In this document: positions 55,589 to 64,000 of the stretch, one piece after another | Layout of the letters: every line of letters begins with the position of its first letter | How positions within the stretch are numbered: the stretch's first letter is position 1 | Assembly (NCBI GenBank): GCA_017993615.1 | Contig: JAGOMJ010000001.1 | Coordinates: 25,425-89,424, forward strand | DNA: 64,000 nucleotides | From: Smithella sp. | Lineage (GTDB): Bacteria; Desulfobacterota; Syntrophia; Syntrophales; Smithellaceae | Reading direction: 5' to 3' | Position numbers and translations under genes: made by a program | The notes under the pieces: model-generated | Told to the model about the DNA's origin: nothing | Seen by the model: only the letters and a program-made list of their open reading frames with translations | Database searches by the model: none

Positions 55589-55828
55589 TTATTCCCGAAT
55601 CATGGTTGAACCGCACTGCGGGCACTTGACTTGCGTGCAGGGAATTCCCCTATCATGCGGTTGACGGTTACCGCATTTCGGGCATAGACAGTTGCCCAAA
55701 GCTCCGCCCGCCTTCATCCCTCCCATGCGTCCTCGGCCACCGCCGCCGCGTCCTCGGCCCATACCGGAACCGGAACCTTGGCTCATACCGCCGCCCGTTC
55801 CTCTTGGATTTCTATTATTTGTATTCAT
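55589..55828 (-). CDS. Gly/Arg-rich small protein with C-terminal zinc ribbon
   Basis: GRGRGGGGRGRMGG followed by CPKCG...CPQCG. Confidence 0.6.
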   Translation of the reverse strand: MNTNNRNPRGTGGGMSQGSGSGMGRGRGGGGRGRMGGMKAGGALGNCLCPKCGNRQPHDRGIPCTQVKCPQCGSTMIRE

Positions 55829-55857
55829 GATGTTTTCTCCCTTTTGGCGTCTCTTTT

Positions 55858-56406
55858 TTAGAAAACGAAAACTGCCGCCGCCAGTACCGTGGTATAGTCT
55901 TTTGTTTTCAAAACCGTCGATTGCGTTGTATTTCTCGTTCCGACGATTTTACCGCTGATTTTAAACAGTTCCTTTTTCTCGTCCCAGCTTTCATCAATGT
56001 TGAAATCAATCCCCAGCGTGGATGCCAGCATCGCTGCGGCCAAATCTTCCGCATAGTCTCCGGTCTGTTTTTCGTTATAACCGAACGAATGATGCTCGCT
56101 GATATAACCGTACGTTTTCTTATCCATGGGAATCGCACAGCCGACGGACGCCGAAATCAAACGGCGCGGCTCGTTGCTGCAGCAGCGGCTCATAACGCAG
56201 AAGGTGATGGCGCCGGGTCTGAGCTTTTTCAGTCCTTCGGTGCGTGAAATAATGCGGCAGCCCGGCGGAAGAATGCTCGAAACCTGAACAAGGTTGCATT
56301 TTTCAATGCCCGCGTCACGCAGCGCCAGCTCAAAAGAATGAAGCTGTTCGCGATGCGTGCCCACGCCTTTGGTAAAGAATATTTCTTTGGGGATGTACTG
56401 GTTCAC
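55858..56406 (-). CDS. pdaD: Pyruvoyl-dependent arginine decarboxylase
   Basis: 182 aa with the LVQVSSILPPGC self-cleavage region. Confidence 0.8.
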   Translation of the reverse strand: MNQYIPKEIFFTKGVGTHREQLHSFELALRDAGIEKCNLVQVSSILPPGCRIISRTEGLKKLRPGAITFCVMSRCCSNEPRRLISASVGCAIPMDKKTYGYISEHHSFGYNEKQTGDYAEDLAAAMLASTLGIDFNIDESWDEKKELFKISGKIVGTRNTTQSTVLKTKDYTTVLAAAVFVF

Positions 56407-56445
56407 TGTCTTGTCTCCTTTTCTGCAATGATTATTTTCGGGTCT

Positions 56446-56838
56446 TTATCTGCTGCGGTAACGCATACCGCGCTGTTTGCAAAATCCTGCGCCCATCGCT
56501 CTTCTCCGGCAGCCGGGCAAAGAGAACACAGGCAATCCCAGCGTGTTGTTCCGGTAGGCGGTTATAATGGCATGGACCTCTCCCCTGACAAAGGGATGAA
56601 CGATGATTCCCTGGGCCATAATCAACGCCTGCATAGGACGGGAAATGGCGCCGCAAATTAGAACATCGACGCCCCGATTTTTTAGTTCAGCCGCACGCCC
56701 GGCAGGATCCGTCGCGACGAATTTCTGCAATGTTCTTTTATCAGGATTCGCCGTGTCTGCTTCAACAATTAAAAGTTGCTCCGCGGAATCGAAAACCGTG
56801 GAAATGCAATCCTTAAATACCGACAGTGCCAGCTTCAT
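56446..56838 (-). CDS. NifX/NifB-C-like protein with basic Cys-containing tail
   Basis: MKLALS...VLICGAISRP pattern. Confidence 0.65.
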   Translation of the reverse strand: MKLALSVFKDCISTVFDSAEQLLIVEADTANPDKRTLQKFVATDPAGRAAELKNRGVDVLICGAISRPMQALIMAQGIIVHPFVRGEVHAIITAYRNNTLGLPVFSLPGCRRRAMGAGFCKQRGMRYRSR

Positions 56839-56876
56839 TAATGCTCCTTAGGATGAAATACCTATAGAACATTCAT

Positions 56877-56893
56877 AGCAAAATCAATGCCAG
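56877..56893 (-). promoter_or_regulatory. Sigma-54 (-24/-12) promoter CTGGCAT-TGATT-TTGCT
   Basis: On the minus strand the GG and GC elements have the correct 12-nt register. About 40 nt upstream of the 56838 start and directly downstream of the sigma54 activator gene. Confidence 0.6.
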
Positions 56894-57011
56894 AAGGTGT
56901 TTTTAAAATTTAGTGTTTGATTACAGGTTATTGGAAATGACGGTTATTCGCTTCCATGAAAAATAAGTAGCGTTAATGCAACGATAGTTGCAAAAAGTCG
57001 CAGGAATGCGA

Positions 57012-58382
57012 CTACAGAGGGAATTGCCCCGGAAGGGTAATGCCGAGTGCTTTGATTTTTCTGTAAAGGGTGCTTTTATGAATGCCCAGTTGCCTTGCCG
57101 TTTCCCGGCAATTCCAGTTGTTTTTTTGAAGAGCGTTGATGAGCCAGGCCGCTTCCACGTCACGAAGAGAGGACGCATCGGTTCTGATTTTCTGGGGCGG
57201 AGACGCAAAAAGAGATTCCGGTAGATGCTTTTTTTCAATCCGGCCTTCTTTGCAGAAGATGAAGGCGCGTTCGATAATGTTGGCCAGTTCCCGGATATTG
57301 CCCGGGTAAGTGTAAGCCATCAGAACGGACAGTGCTTCCTGACTGACGCCTTCAATCTCTTTTTTTTGCAGAAGATCAAAGCGGCTGATAAAGTGATCAA
57401 TCAACAGTGGAATATCTTCCATGCGTTCCCTCAGCGGGGGAAGGGTGATTTTGAAGACATTGATGCGGTAAAACAAATCTTCCCGGAAACGGCCCTGTCT
57501 GACCAGATCCTCGAGATTTTTATTGGTTGCCGCGATCACACGGACATTGTGCTCAACGCTTTGTGTTGCGCCCAGCGGTTCATAGGTTTTTTCCTGCAGG
57601 ACGCGCAGGAGCTTAACTTGCATGGCGGGGGTGATTTCTCCGATTTCGTCGAGCAATAACGTTCCGTTTTCTGCCAGTTTAAAACGGCCGGGCTTGTCTT
57701 TTTTCGCGTCGGTAAACGCCCCCGCTTTATAGCCGAACAGTTCCGACTCCAGAAGTGTATCCGGCAGGGCGCTGCAATTTACCGCGACAAAGGACGTTTT
57801 GCGGCGCGGACTCAGGTTGTGGATGGCCCGGGCGATCAGCTCTTTGCCGGTTCCGCTTTCGCCTTCGATCAGCACCGTACTGCCGCCTGCCGCAATATCG
57901 GGCAGGATATCGAACAACTGCAGCATTTTATGATTCTTGGAAAGAATATCGGCAAAGTTGTATTTCTGTAAAACCGCCTTGCGTAAATCTTCTTCGACGC
58001 TGATGTCCCGGAATGTTTCCACCGCTCCCAGCAATTTTCCCTTTTGATCGCGCAGGAGCGCCGTGGAAATACTGACGGGAAGTTTGTGCCCTTCCGCGTT
58101 GATGATGGCTACTTTTTTATTGATGATCTGCTCGCCCGTTTTCATTGTCTTGCGCAGGCAGCAGTCTTTTTCGCAAATATCCGCTTTTAAAACATCCTTG
58201 CAGCGTTGGCCGATGGCTTCCTCCCGGGGAACCCCGGTTATTTTTTCAGCGGCACGGTTGAAAGACGTGATCAGCCAGTCCTGGTCTACCGTGAAAACGC
58301 CGTCGGCGATCGAATCCAGAATAATATCCTGTTTGGTTCCGATATCCGGCGATCCCTGTTTTAAAGGCATCTTTTTTTTCAT
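57012..58382 (-). CDS. PAS-domain sigma-54-dependent transcriptional activator
   Basis: PAS N-terminus, GESGTGKE Walker A, GAFTDA (GAFTGA variant), ESELFGY, C-terminal Fis-type HTH. Confidence 0.9.
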   Translation of the reverse strand: MKKKMPLKQGSPDIGTKQDIILDSIADGVFTVDQDWLITSFNRAAEKITGVPREEAIGQRCKDVLKADICEKDCCLRKTMKTGEQIINKKVAIINAEGHKLPVSISTALLRDQKGKLLGAVETFRDISVEEDLRKAVLQKYNFADILSKNHKMLQLFDILPDIAAGGSTVLIEGESGTGKELIARAIHNLSPRRKTSFVAVNCSALPDTLLESELFGYKAGAFTDAKKDKPGRFKLAENGTLLLDEIGEITPAMQVKLLRVLQEKTYEPLGATQSVEHNVRVIAATNKNLEDLVRQGRFREDLFYRINVFKITLPPLRERMEDIPLLIDHFISRFDLLQKKEIEGVSQEALSVLMAYTYPGNIRELANIIERAFIFCKEGRIEKKHLPESLFASPPQKIRTDASSLRDVEAAWLINALQKNNWNCRETARQLGIHKSTLYRKIKALGITLPGQFPL

Positions 58383-58410
58383 GTCTGTTTTCCGATGACG
58401 GGTGTCGGAT

Positions 58411-58767
58411 TTAGTGACAGCCGTGTTCGTGCTGGGTGCAGGAAATTCCCGAATCTTTCAGTGTGCCGGCAAGCCAGCTTTCCGTAACTGTCTTCACGTT
58501 TCCGGAACAGCCGCGCAGAACATCAATGCCATGGCTGTTCAACACATTGACGGCGCCCTGTCCCATATTGCCGGCCAGCATCAGCTTGACGCCCTTTGCA
58601 GCCAGCACTTCGGCGATGTTGGATTTACACCCGCAGCCGGCGGGTGAAGAAACCTTTTCCTCCTCGACAATTTTCTTTTCCTGGTCAATGGTGAAAACCG
58701 TAAAATACTCACAGTGTCCAAAGTGTTCATCAATCTGATTCTGATAAGAGGGTAAAGCAATTTTCAT
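58411..58767 (-). CDS. NifX/NifB-C-like protein
   Basis: MKIALPS...HFGHC...AGNMGQGA pattern. Confidence 0.75.
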   Translation of the reverse strand: MKIALPSYQNQIDEHFGHCEYFTVFTIDQEKKIVEEEKVSSPAGCGCKSNIAEVLAAKGVKLMLAGNMGQGAVNVLNSHGIDVLRGCSGNVKTVTESWLAGTLKDSGISCTQHEHGCH

Positions 58768-58827
58768 ACATATCTCCTTGCAAAGCATTTTTCATTTATT
58801 CCTGCGTTTTGAATGTTCGCGGGTTTT

Positions 58828-59121
58828 CTATTCATCAAAATCGAAGTCGCCGCCGATTCTTAATGCTTTTCCGTTGATCAGCACATCGGCGATCTTTTTG
58901 TGTGCGACGTCTATGATTCTGCCGAAGGTTTGACGTGAAATGTTCATCTTTTCGGCGGCTTGTTTCTGATACAAATGTTCGTAGTCGGCAAGACGAACCG
59001 CCTCGAATTCGTCCATATTCAGAACAATTTCTTCGAGCTCCATGGAGGGTATTCCCCTGGGCTTGAAGTATTTCTTGTCGGGCGCACCCATGATGTGACG
59101 GTGGCATTTCGGCCGGGGCAT
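58828..59121 (-). CDS. DUF134 (UPF0251) putative DNA-binding protein
   Basis: MPRPKCHR...FKPRGIP...EAVRLADYE...QAAEKMNISRQTFGRI. Confidence 0.8.
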   Translation of the reverse strand: MPRPKCHRHIMGAPDKKYFKPRGIPSMELEEIVLNMDEFEAVRLADYEHLYQKQAAEKMNISRQTFGRIIDVAHKKIADVLINGKALRIGGDFDFDE

Positions 59122-59377
59122 TGTTTGTATGAACTCCTTTTGTTAGAATATAAGCATATGCTCAAAACTTGTCAAGGGTTAAAATTTCCTCGTAACCGTA
59201 TTTAAAGTCGTTAACGCGAGTTTTAGAAAAGATAATCGTTGGAGGAATTCCTACTGCCCGATACCATTTCGCTTCTTCCGGTGACCGTAAGAGGACATTT
59301 GATTGTTGTGAAAAAAAAACGGCTGTGGTAACTTCTTGCGCAATTCGATTTTTCAAAGCGCACAAGGGTGTTTTTTC

Positions 59378-60166
59378 ATGCAGAAGCATATCAGCAACGT
59401 TCACGTGCACATGCCTTATTCTCTTTTACCGAAGTATTTGAAGATCATTCTTCAGAACAAACTGAATCTGGAAATATACTTTCATCACCAGATTCTGAAT
59501 CGTCTGGATAAATCTCGATGCATGGAAACGGCAAAGATTCTTGAAAGCGAGGGATTGAAAATAACGTTTCATGCGCCTTTTGTGGACTTACGGCCGGGGG
59601 CCCTGGATGAGACGATCCGCCGGGCCAGCATTGACCGCATCAGGCAGGTTTTTGATCTGGCACCCTATTTTCATCCCCTGAAAATTGTCTGTCATGCGTC
59701 TTTTGACGACCGTTACTATGTTTATGGCGACGATTTATGGCTAGAGAGCAGCCTCAAAACCTGGAAGGAGTTCATCGGGCTGGCGGACGATCACCGGACC
59801 ATCATTGCGCTGGAAAATGTTTACGAAAAAAATCCCGTGATATTGGGCAAGCTTTTCCGATCTCTGGCGTCCGACAGAATTTGTTTTTGTTTCGATACGG
59901 GCCATTTTAATGTGTTTTCCTGCGAACCGTTGAATGTCTGGTTCGATGAACTGGGAAGGTATACGGGGCATTTGCATCTGCATGACAATTTCGGATGGCA
60001 GGACGAGCATCTTTCTGTCGGGCACGGCACGTTTCCCTTTGCGGAGTTGATGCAGTACATCAGAAATATGAAGAAAAAACCGACGGTCACGCTGGAGGCG
60101 CATAATCAGAAAAATCTTTGGGCATCGCTCGATCATGTCAAACGAATGGATTTCCCCGGTGTTTGA
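59378..60166 (+). CDS. Xylose-isomerase-like TIM-barrel (sugar phosphate isomerase/epimerase) protein
   Basis: ALENV..., CFDTGHF and HLHDN motifs. Confidence 0.75.
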   Translation: MQKHISNVHVHMPYSLLPKYLKIILQNKLNLEIYFHHQILNRLDKSRCMETAKILESEGLKITFHAPFVDLRPGALDETIRRASIDRIRQVFDLAPYFHPLKIVCHASFDDRYYVYGDDLWLESSLKTWKEFIGLADDHRTIIALENVYEKNPVILGKLFRSLASDRICFCFDTGHFNVFSCEPLNVWFDELGRYTGHLHLHDNFGWQDEHLSVGHGTFPFAELMQYIRNMKKKPTVTLEAHNQKNLWASLDHVKRMDFPGV

Positions 60167-60196
60167 AGATAAGACGGACTGTGTTGGGGGAGTATT

Positions 60197-61171
60197 GTGC
60201 TGAGGTATGTCTTAAAAAGAACATTGTTCATGATTCCGCTGTTGATCGGGATTACCCTGATCTGTTTTTTCGTCATGCGTCTGGCGCCGGGTTCTCCCAC
60301 GGATTTGCAGACGGAGATGAATCCGAAGGCATCCCAGGAAAGCAAAGAGCGGTTGAATGCGCTGTATGAACTGGATAAGCCGATTTATGTGCAATACGGA
60401 TCATGGCTGAAGAAGATCAGCCGCGGCGACCTGGGCGTATCCTTCTCGTCCGATCACCGTCCGGTGGCCGACAAGATCATGGAGCGGCTGCCCATTACCA
60501 TCCTGATCAATTTTTTATCGCTGGTGATCATCCTTGCTGTCGCGGTGCCGATCGGCGTGTTGTCCGCCGTCCACCAGGACTCGCTTTTCGATAAGGTGAC
60601 CACCGTGCTGGTGTTTATCGGTTTTGCGGTGCCCACGTTCTGGCTGGCCCTGCTGCTGATGATTTTTTTCGGAATCCATCTGGGCTGGCTGCCGATTTCC
60701 GGTCTGCGCTCGCTCAATTACGAATATCTGAATGTCTGGAATCAGTTGATCGATCTGGCCAAACATCTGGTTTTGCCGGTTTTCGTGTCAGCGTTCGGCG
60801 GATTGGCCGGTCTGTCGCGTTATATGCGGGCGAATATGCTGGAGGTGATTCGGCAGGATTATATTATGACCGCGCGCGCCAAGGGATTGAGTGAAAGGGA
60901 TGTCATTTACCGGCACGCCCTGCACAACGCGCTACTGCCGGCCATCACTATTTTGGGGCTTTCCATTCCCGGTCTCATTGGCGGCAGCGTTATCTTTGAA
61001 ACAATTTTTGCCATTCCGGGCATGGGACAGCTTTTTTACATGTCGGTCATGGCAAGAGATTATCCGACCATTATGGGAATTTTGCTGATCGGCGCTATTC
61101 TGACGCTGGTGGGTAATCTGATTGCCGATGTGTCGTACGCGGTGGCGGACCCGCGTATCAGAATATCCTAA
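60197..61171 (+). CDS. ABC transporter permease, oligopeptide/dipeptide type (OppB/DppB-like)
   Basis: [17 protein letters not shown]-terminus and the EAA-loop region [22 protein letters not shown]. Confidence 0.88.
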   Translation: MLRYVLKRTLFMIPLLIGITLICFFVMRLAPGSPTDLQTEMNPKASQESKERLNALYELDKPIYVQYGSWLKKISRGDLGVSFSSDHRPVADKIMERLPITILINFLSLVIILAVAVPIGVLSAVHQDSLFDKVTTVLVFIGFAVPTFWLALLLMIFFGIHLGWLPISGLRSLNYEYLNVWNQLIDLAKHLVLPVFVSAFGGLAGLSRYMRANMLEVIRQDYIMTARAKGLSERDVIYRHALHNALLPAITILGLSIPGLIGGSVIFETIFAIPGMGQLFYMSVMARDYPTIMGILLIGAILTLVGNLIADVSYAVADPRIRIS

Positions 61172-61184
61172 AAGGGCTGAAAAG

Positions 61185-62012
61185 ATGACGGCATGGACAG
61201 CCATCTATAAAAACAAACTGATGTTGACCGGCGGCGGACTGGTTCTGGCGCTTTTGATCGTTTCCATTCTGGCGCCGTGGCTGTCTCCCTATGATCCGGG
61301 ACAAATCGATTTGAACAATGTGCTGGCAGCTCCTTCTATGGAGCATCTTTTCGGAACGGATCAACTGGGGCGGGATGTTCTTTCGCGGATGATCTGGGGT
61401 GCCAGAATTTCTTTAAAAGTCGGTTTTGTGGCGACGGGGTTGGCCATTCTCGTCGGCACGTTTCTGGGAGCATTGTCGGGATATTACGGCGGCTGGATCG
61501 ATTCGGTCATCATGCGGTTTGTGGATATCATGCTCTGTTTCCCCACGTTCTTTCTGATTCTGGCGGTCATTGCTTTGCTGGAGCCGTCCATCTGGAATAT
61601 TATGATCATTATCGGACTGACCGGCTGGATGGGCGTAACAAGGCTGGTCCGGGCGGATTTTATTTCGTTGCGGGAAAGGGATTTTGTCCAGGCCGCCAGA
61701 GCGATAGGCGCCGGGGATGCGCGGATTATTTTTCTTCATATCCTTCCCAACGCGATGGCGTCGATTCTGGTTGCGGCGACGTTGGGGATTGCGGGGGCGA
61801 TCCTCACCGAATCGGCCCTGAGTTTTCTGGGTATCGGTGTGCAGCCGCCCACCCCCAGCTGGGGCAATATTCTGACGGCCGGCAAGGATAATATCGACAT
61901 CGCCTGGTGGCTGTCGCTTTATCCGGGCCTGGCCATTCTGACGACCGTTGTCGGTTACAATCTTCTGGGGGAAGGCATCAGGGATCTGCTCGATCCCCGT
62001 TTAAAAAAATAA
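61185..62012 (+). CDS. ABC transporter permease, oligopeptide/dipeptide type (OppC/DppC-like)
   Basis: LGTDQLGRDVLSRMIWG and ARAIGAGDARIIFLHILPN motifs. Confidence 0.88.
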   Translation: MTAWTAIYKNKLMLTGGGLVLALLIVSILAPWLSPYDPGQIDLNNVLAAPSMEHLFGTDQLGRDVLSRMIWGARISLKVGFVATGLAILVGTFLGALSGYYGGWIDSVIMRFVDIMLCFPTFFLILAVIALLEPSIWNIMIIIGLTGWMGVTRLVRADFISLRERDFVQAARAIGAGDARIIFLHILPNAMASILVAATLGIAGAILTESALSFLGIGVQPPTPSWGNILTAGKDNIDIAWWLSLYPGLAILTTVVGYNLLGEGIRDLLDPRLKK

Positions 62013-62105
62013 AACCGGGGCCTTGTCAACCGGTTCATTCTTGATAAAAGGACGAAAATATAATAATAACCTCTCAACGACCTATACGTAAGGAGAAGAA
62101 ACCAT

Positions 62106-62273
62106 ATGCCCAACAGAGTCAATGCAGAATCCATCAGTGACGATAAACGCATCCTGAAGCGCAAGCTGATGCAGGGCGAAATATCCGAAAAGGATATACA
62201 GGCTCTAATAAAGAAGCTTCCCGATGTTTCCGAAAACGCCGAGGAAGTTCGCCTGGATGATGACAAAAAATAG
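62106..62273 (+). CDS. Hypothetical 55-aa acidic/basic small protein (not in the ORF track)
   Basis: AAGGAG lies 10 nt upstream. Sequence MPNRVNAESISDDKRILKRKLMQGEISEKDIQALIKKLPDVSENAEEVRLDDDKK. Confidence 0.35.
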   Translation: MPNRVNAESISDDKRILKRKLMQGEISEKDIQALIKKLPDVSENAEEVRLDDDKK

Positions 62274-62279
62274 TATTTT

Positions 62280-63059
62280 ATGCTGATTGATTCCCATGCT
62301 CATCTGGAAATGAAGGAGTTTGATGCGGACCGTGATGACGTCATTAGCCGCGCCCGAAGCGAGGGCGTAGATTTTATTGTCACGGTCGGAACCAATCTCC
62401 GGTTGAGCAGCAGAGCCGTCGCGCTTGCCGAACAATACGAAAACATCTTTGCCACCGTCGGCATTCATCCCCACGATGTCGCCAAAGCCGGTGAGGACAC
62501 CCTGGATGCTTTAAAGCAACTTGTTCTGACTCATAAAAAAATCGTCGCCTATGGTGAAATCGGACTTGATTATTTCCGGAATATTTCACGTCAGGAAATA
62601 CAAGTCGAGATGTTCGGGCAGCAGCTGGACTTGGTGAAGGAACTGAATCTGCCGGTTGTGATTCATGATCGTGAAGCGCATCGTCAATCGCTGGATATGA
62701 TTCAGGCCTCCGGTGTGCGTCGCGGCGTCTTTCACTGTTTTTCCGGGGATTATGACATGGCCAGAAAATGCATCGACCTCGGATTCTACATCTCCATCCC
62801 CGGTGTGGTCACCTTTGACAAATCCGGGAAAATTCGCGATGTCGTCGAACGGGTTCCGCTTTCCTCCCTGTTACTGGAAACGGACGCGCCGTATCTGACG
62901 CCGGTTCCGAACCGCGGCAAAAGAAACGAACCCGCCTTTATCGTCCATACGGCGAAAGCGGTGGCCGCCATAAAAAAAATATCATGGGAAGACGTGGCGG
63001 CGCAAACGTCTGTTAACACGATCAATCTCTTCGGTCTGAAGATGATCCGTAACGTTTAG
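62280..63059 (+). CDS. tatD: TatD-family metal-dependent hydrolase
   Basis: [26 protein letters not shown] and ETDAPYL motifs. Confidence 0.9.
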   Translation: MLIDSHAHLEMKEFDADRDDVISRARSEGVDFIVTVGTNLRLSSRAVALAEQYENIFATVGIHPHDVAKAGEDTLDALKQLVLTHKKIVAYGEIGLDYFRNISRQEIQVEMFGQQLDLVKELNLPVVIHDREAHRQSLDMIQASGVRRGVFHCFSGDYDMARKCIDLGFYISIPGVVTFDKSGKIRDVVERVPLSSLLLETDAPYLTPVPNRGKRNEPAFIVHTAKAVAAIKKISWEDVAAQTSVNTINLFGLKMIRNV

Positions 63060-63079
63060 TTTTTTACGGAGCCCCGTTC

Positions 63080-63775
63080 ATGAAGAAACAATTTAAAGCC
63101 GTGGTTTTGTTAAGCGGCGGTCTTGATTCCGCCACAACCCTGGCGATCGCCCGCGACAGGGGATTTGAAATTTACGCGTTGAGTTTCCGCTACGGCCAGC
63201 GGCACGCGGTGGAAATGAAAGCTGCCCGGCGTATTGCACGAAAAAACAAGGTCGCCGGACACCTGATCCTGAATATGGATTTACGCAAAATCGGAGGATC
63301 GGCCCTGACGGCGGATATTCATGTGCCCAAGAATCAAACAGGCTCGGTGCTGAAAAGGAAAATTCCGGTGACCTATGTTCCGGCGCGCAACACGATATTT
63401 CTTGCCTACGCGCTGGCCTGGGCGGAAGTGATCGGCAGTCATGATATCTTTATCGGGGTCAATGCTCTGGATTACAGCGGTTATCCGGATTGTCGTCCCC
63501 GGTACATTGCCGCATTTCGAAAGCTGGCCAATCTGGCAACGAAGGCGGGGGTTGAAGGAAAACAAAAACTGGCCATTCACGCTCCGCTCATTAAAATGAG
63601 CAAGGCGGAGATTATTAAAAAGGGCATGGACCTTGGCGTGGATTACAGTCTGACGCACAGTTGTTATGATCCGTCGCCATCGGGAGAGCCGTGCGGTGAA
63701 TGCGATTCCTGTCTGCTGCGATTGAAAGGGTTTCGTGAAGCCGGATTGAAAGATCCGCTGAAATATTGCCGGTAA
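63080..63775 (+). CDS. queC: 7-cyano-7-deazaguanine synthase
   Basis: [14 protein letters not shown]-loop and C-terminal Cys cluster CYDPS..CGECDSC. Confidence 0.92.
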   Translation: MKKQFKAVVLLSGGLDSATTLAIARDRGFEIYALSFRYGQRHAVEMKAARRIARKNKVAGHLILNMDLRKIGGSALTADIHVPKNQTGSVLKRKIPVTYVPARNTIFLAYALAWAEVIGSHDIFIGVNALDYSGYPDCRPRYIAAFRKLANLATKAGVEGKQKLAIHAPLIKMSKAEIIKKGMDLGVDYSLTHSCYDPSPSGEPCGECDSCLLRLKGFREAGLKDPLKYCR

Positions 63776-63785
63776 GGGGCTGGTC

Positions 63786-64000
63786 TTGGGTTATCGAATC
63801 AAAGAGATATTTTATTCCATTCAGGGCGAGGGATTTTATACGGGACGGCCTGCGGTTCTCTGCCGTTTTTCGGGGTGTAATCTATGGTCGGGGAAAGCAT
63901 CCGACCGCGAAAAAGCGGTTTGCCGGTTCTGCGATACGGACTTTGTCGGTTGCGACGGCCCGGAGGGCGGGATTTTTCAAACCCCTGAAGCATTAACCGA
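63786..64000 (+). CDS. queE: 7-carboxy-7-deazaguanine synthase (5' part, runs off the window)
   Basis: TTG start. [30 protein letters not shown]...CRFCDT, in a frame not reported in the ORF track. Confidence 0.8.
   Translation, partial: MGYRIKEIFYSIQGEGFYTGRPAVLCRFSGCNLWSGKASDREKAVCRFCDTDFVGCDGPEGGIFQTPEALT

Noticed and set aside
59326-59340. Sigma54-like TGGTAA-N-TTGCG upstream of the TIM-barrel gene
   Set aside because: The GG-to-GC distance is 11 nt rather than the required 12. Sigma54 promoters do not tolerate this spacing change.
1-64000. Alternative genetic code (TGA as a sense codon throughout), CRISPR arrays, tRNA/rRNA genes, IS elements, integrases and prophage genes
   Set aside because: Many well-defined genes terminate at TGA at family-typical lengths (for example ntrY and trxA), so the code is standard with local recoding. 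I saw no repeat-spacer arrays, no tRNA-like T-arm/cloverleaf sequences in the gaps, and no transposase or integrase-like ORFs.

Overview
This 64-kb window appears to come from an anaerobic, selenocysteine-decoding bacterium. The gene content looks like Desulfobacterota (sulfate reducer or syntroph), but that taxon call is inference only. I saw no rRNA, tRNA, CRISPR array, transposase or integrase.

The flanks are ordinary housekeeping genes:
- Left flank: ntrYX-like two-component pair, dnaJ, purC, rsmB, fmt, priA, dksA-like, comF, rsfS, trxA.
- Right flank: oligopeptide-type ABC permeases, tatD, queC, queE.

The centre (about 26.9-59.1 kb) is a dense redox, metal-cluster and selenium region. 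The main point is that the ORF track breaks or misses five genes at in-frame TGA codons, and each TGA is followed by a hairpin resembling a SECIS (selenocysteine insertion sequence) element:
1. A 7-haem ORF and a 10-haem ORF are one frame joined by a single TGA. Read through, this gives a 603-aa, 17-haem candidate selenoprotein cytochrome.
2. A 2-Cys-type peroxiredoxin with U in place of the peroxidatic Cys.
3. A BCP-like lipoprotein peroxiredoxin with U in place of the peroxidatic Cys.
4. An unlisted 84-aa thioredoxin-like protein with a UxxC motif.
5. An unlisted 49-aa membrane-anchored peptide just downstream of trxA.

The cytochrome sits in a module made of NrfD-like and NrfC-like subunits, the cytochrome, two exported double-rhodanese proteins, and divergent ccsBA. 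No molybdopterin subunit is present. I interpret this as a candidate quinol-linked periplasmic sulfur/selenium redox system.

Downstream, on the minus strand, is a roughly 12-kb super-operon. It carries DUF134, five NifX-like proteins, two MinD-ferredoxin ATPases, Mrp/NBP35, NifU-like, radical SAM, a methyltransferase, an FmdB zinc ribbon, TrmO-like, PdaD and two Gly/Arg-rich small proteins. It also encodes its own PAS-sigma54 activator and has an internal -24/-12 promoter.

All product calls rest on motifs I recognised by eye in the translations. No database search was run.
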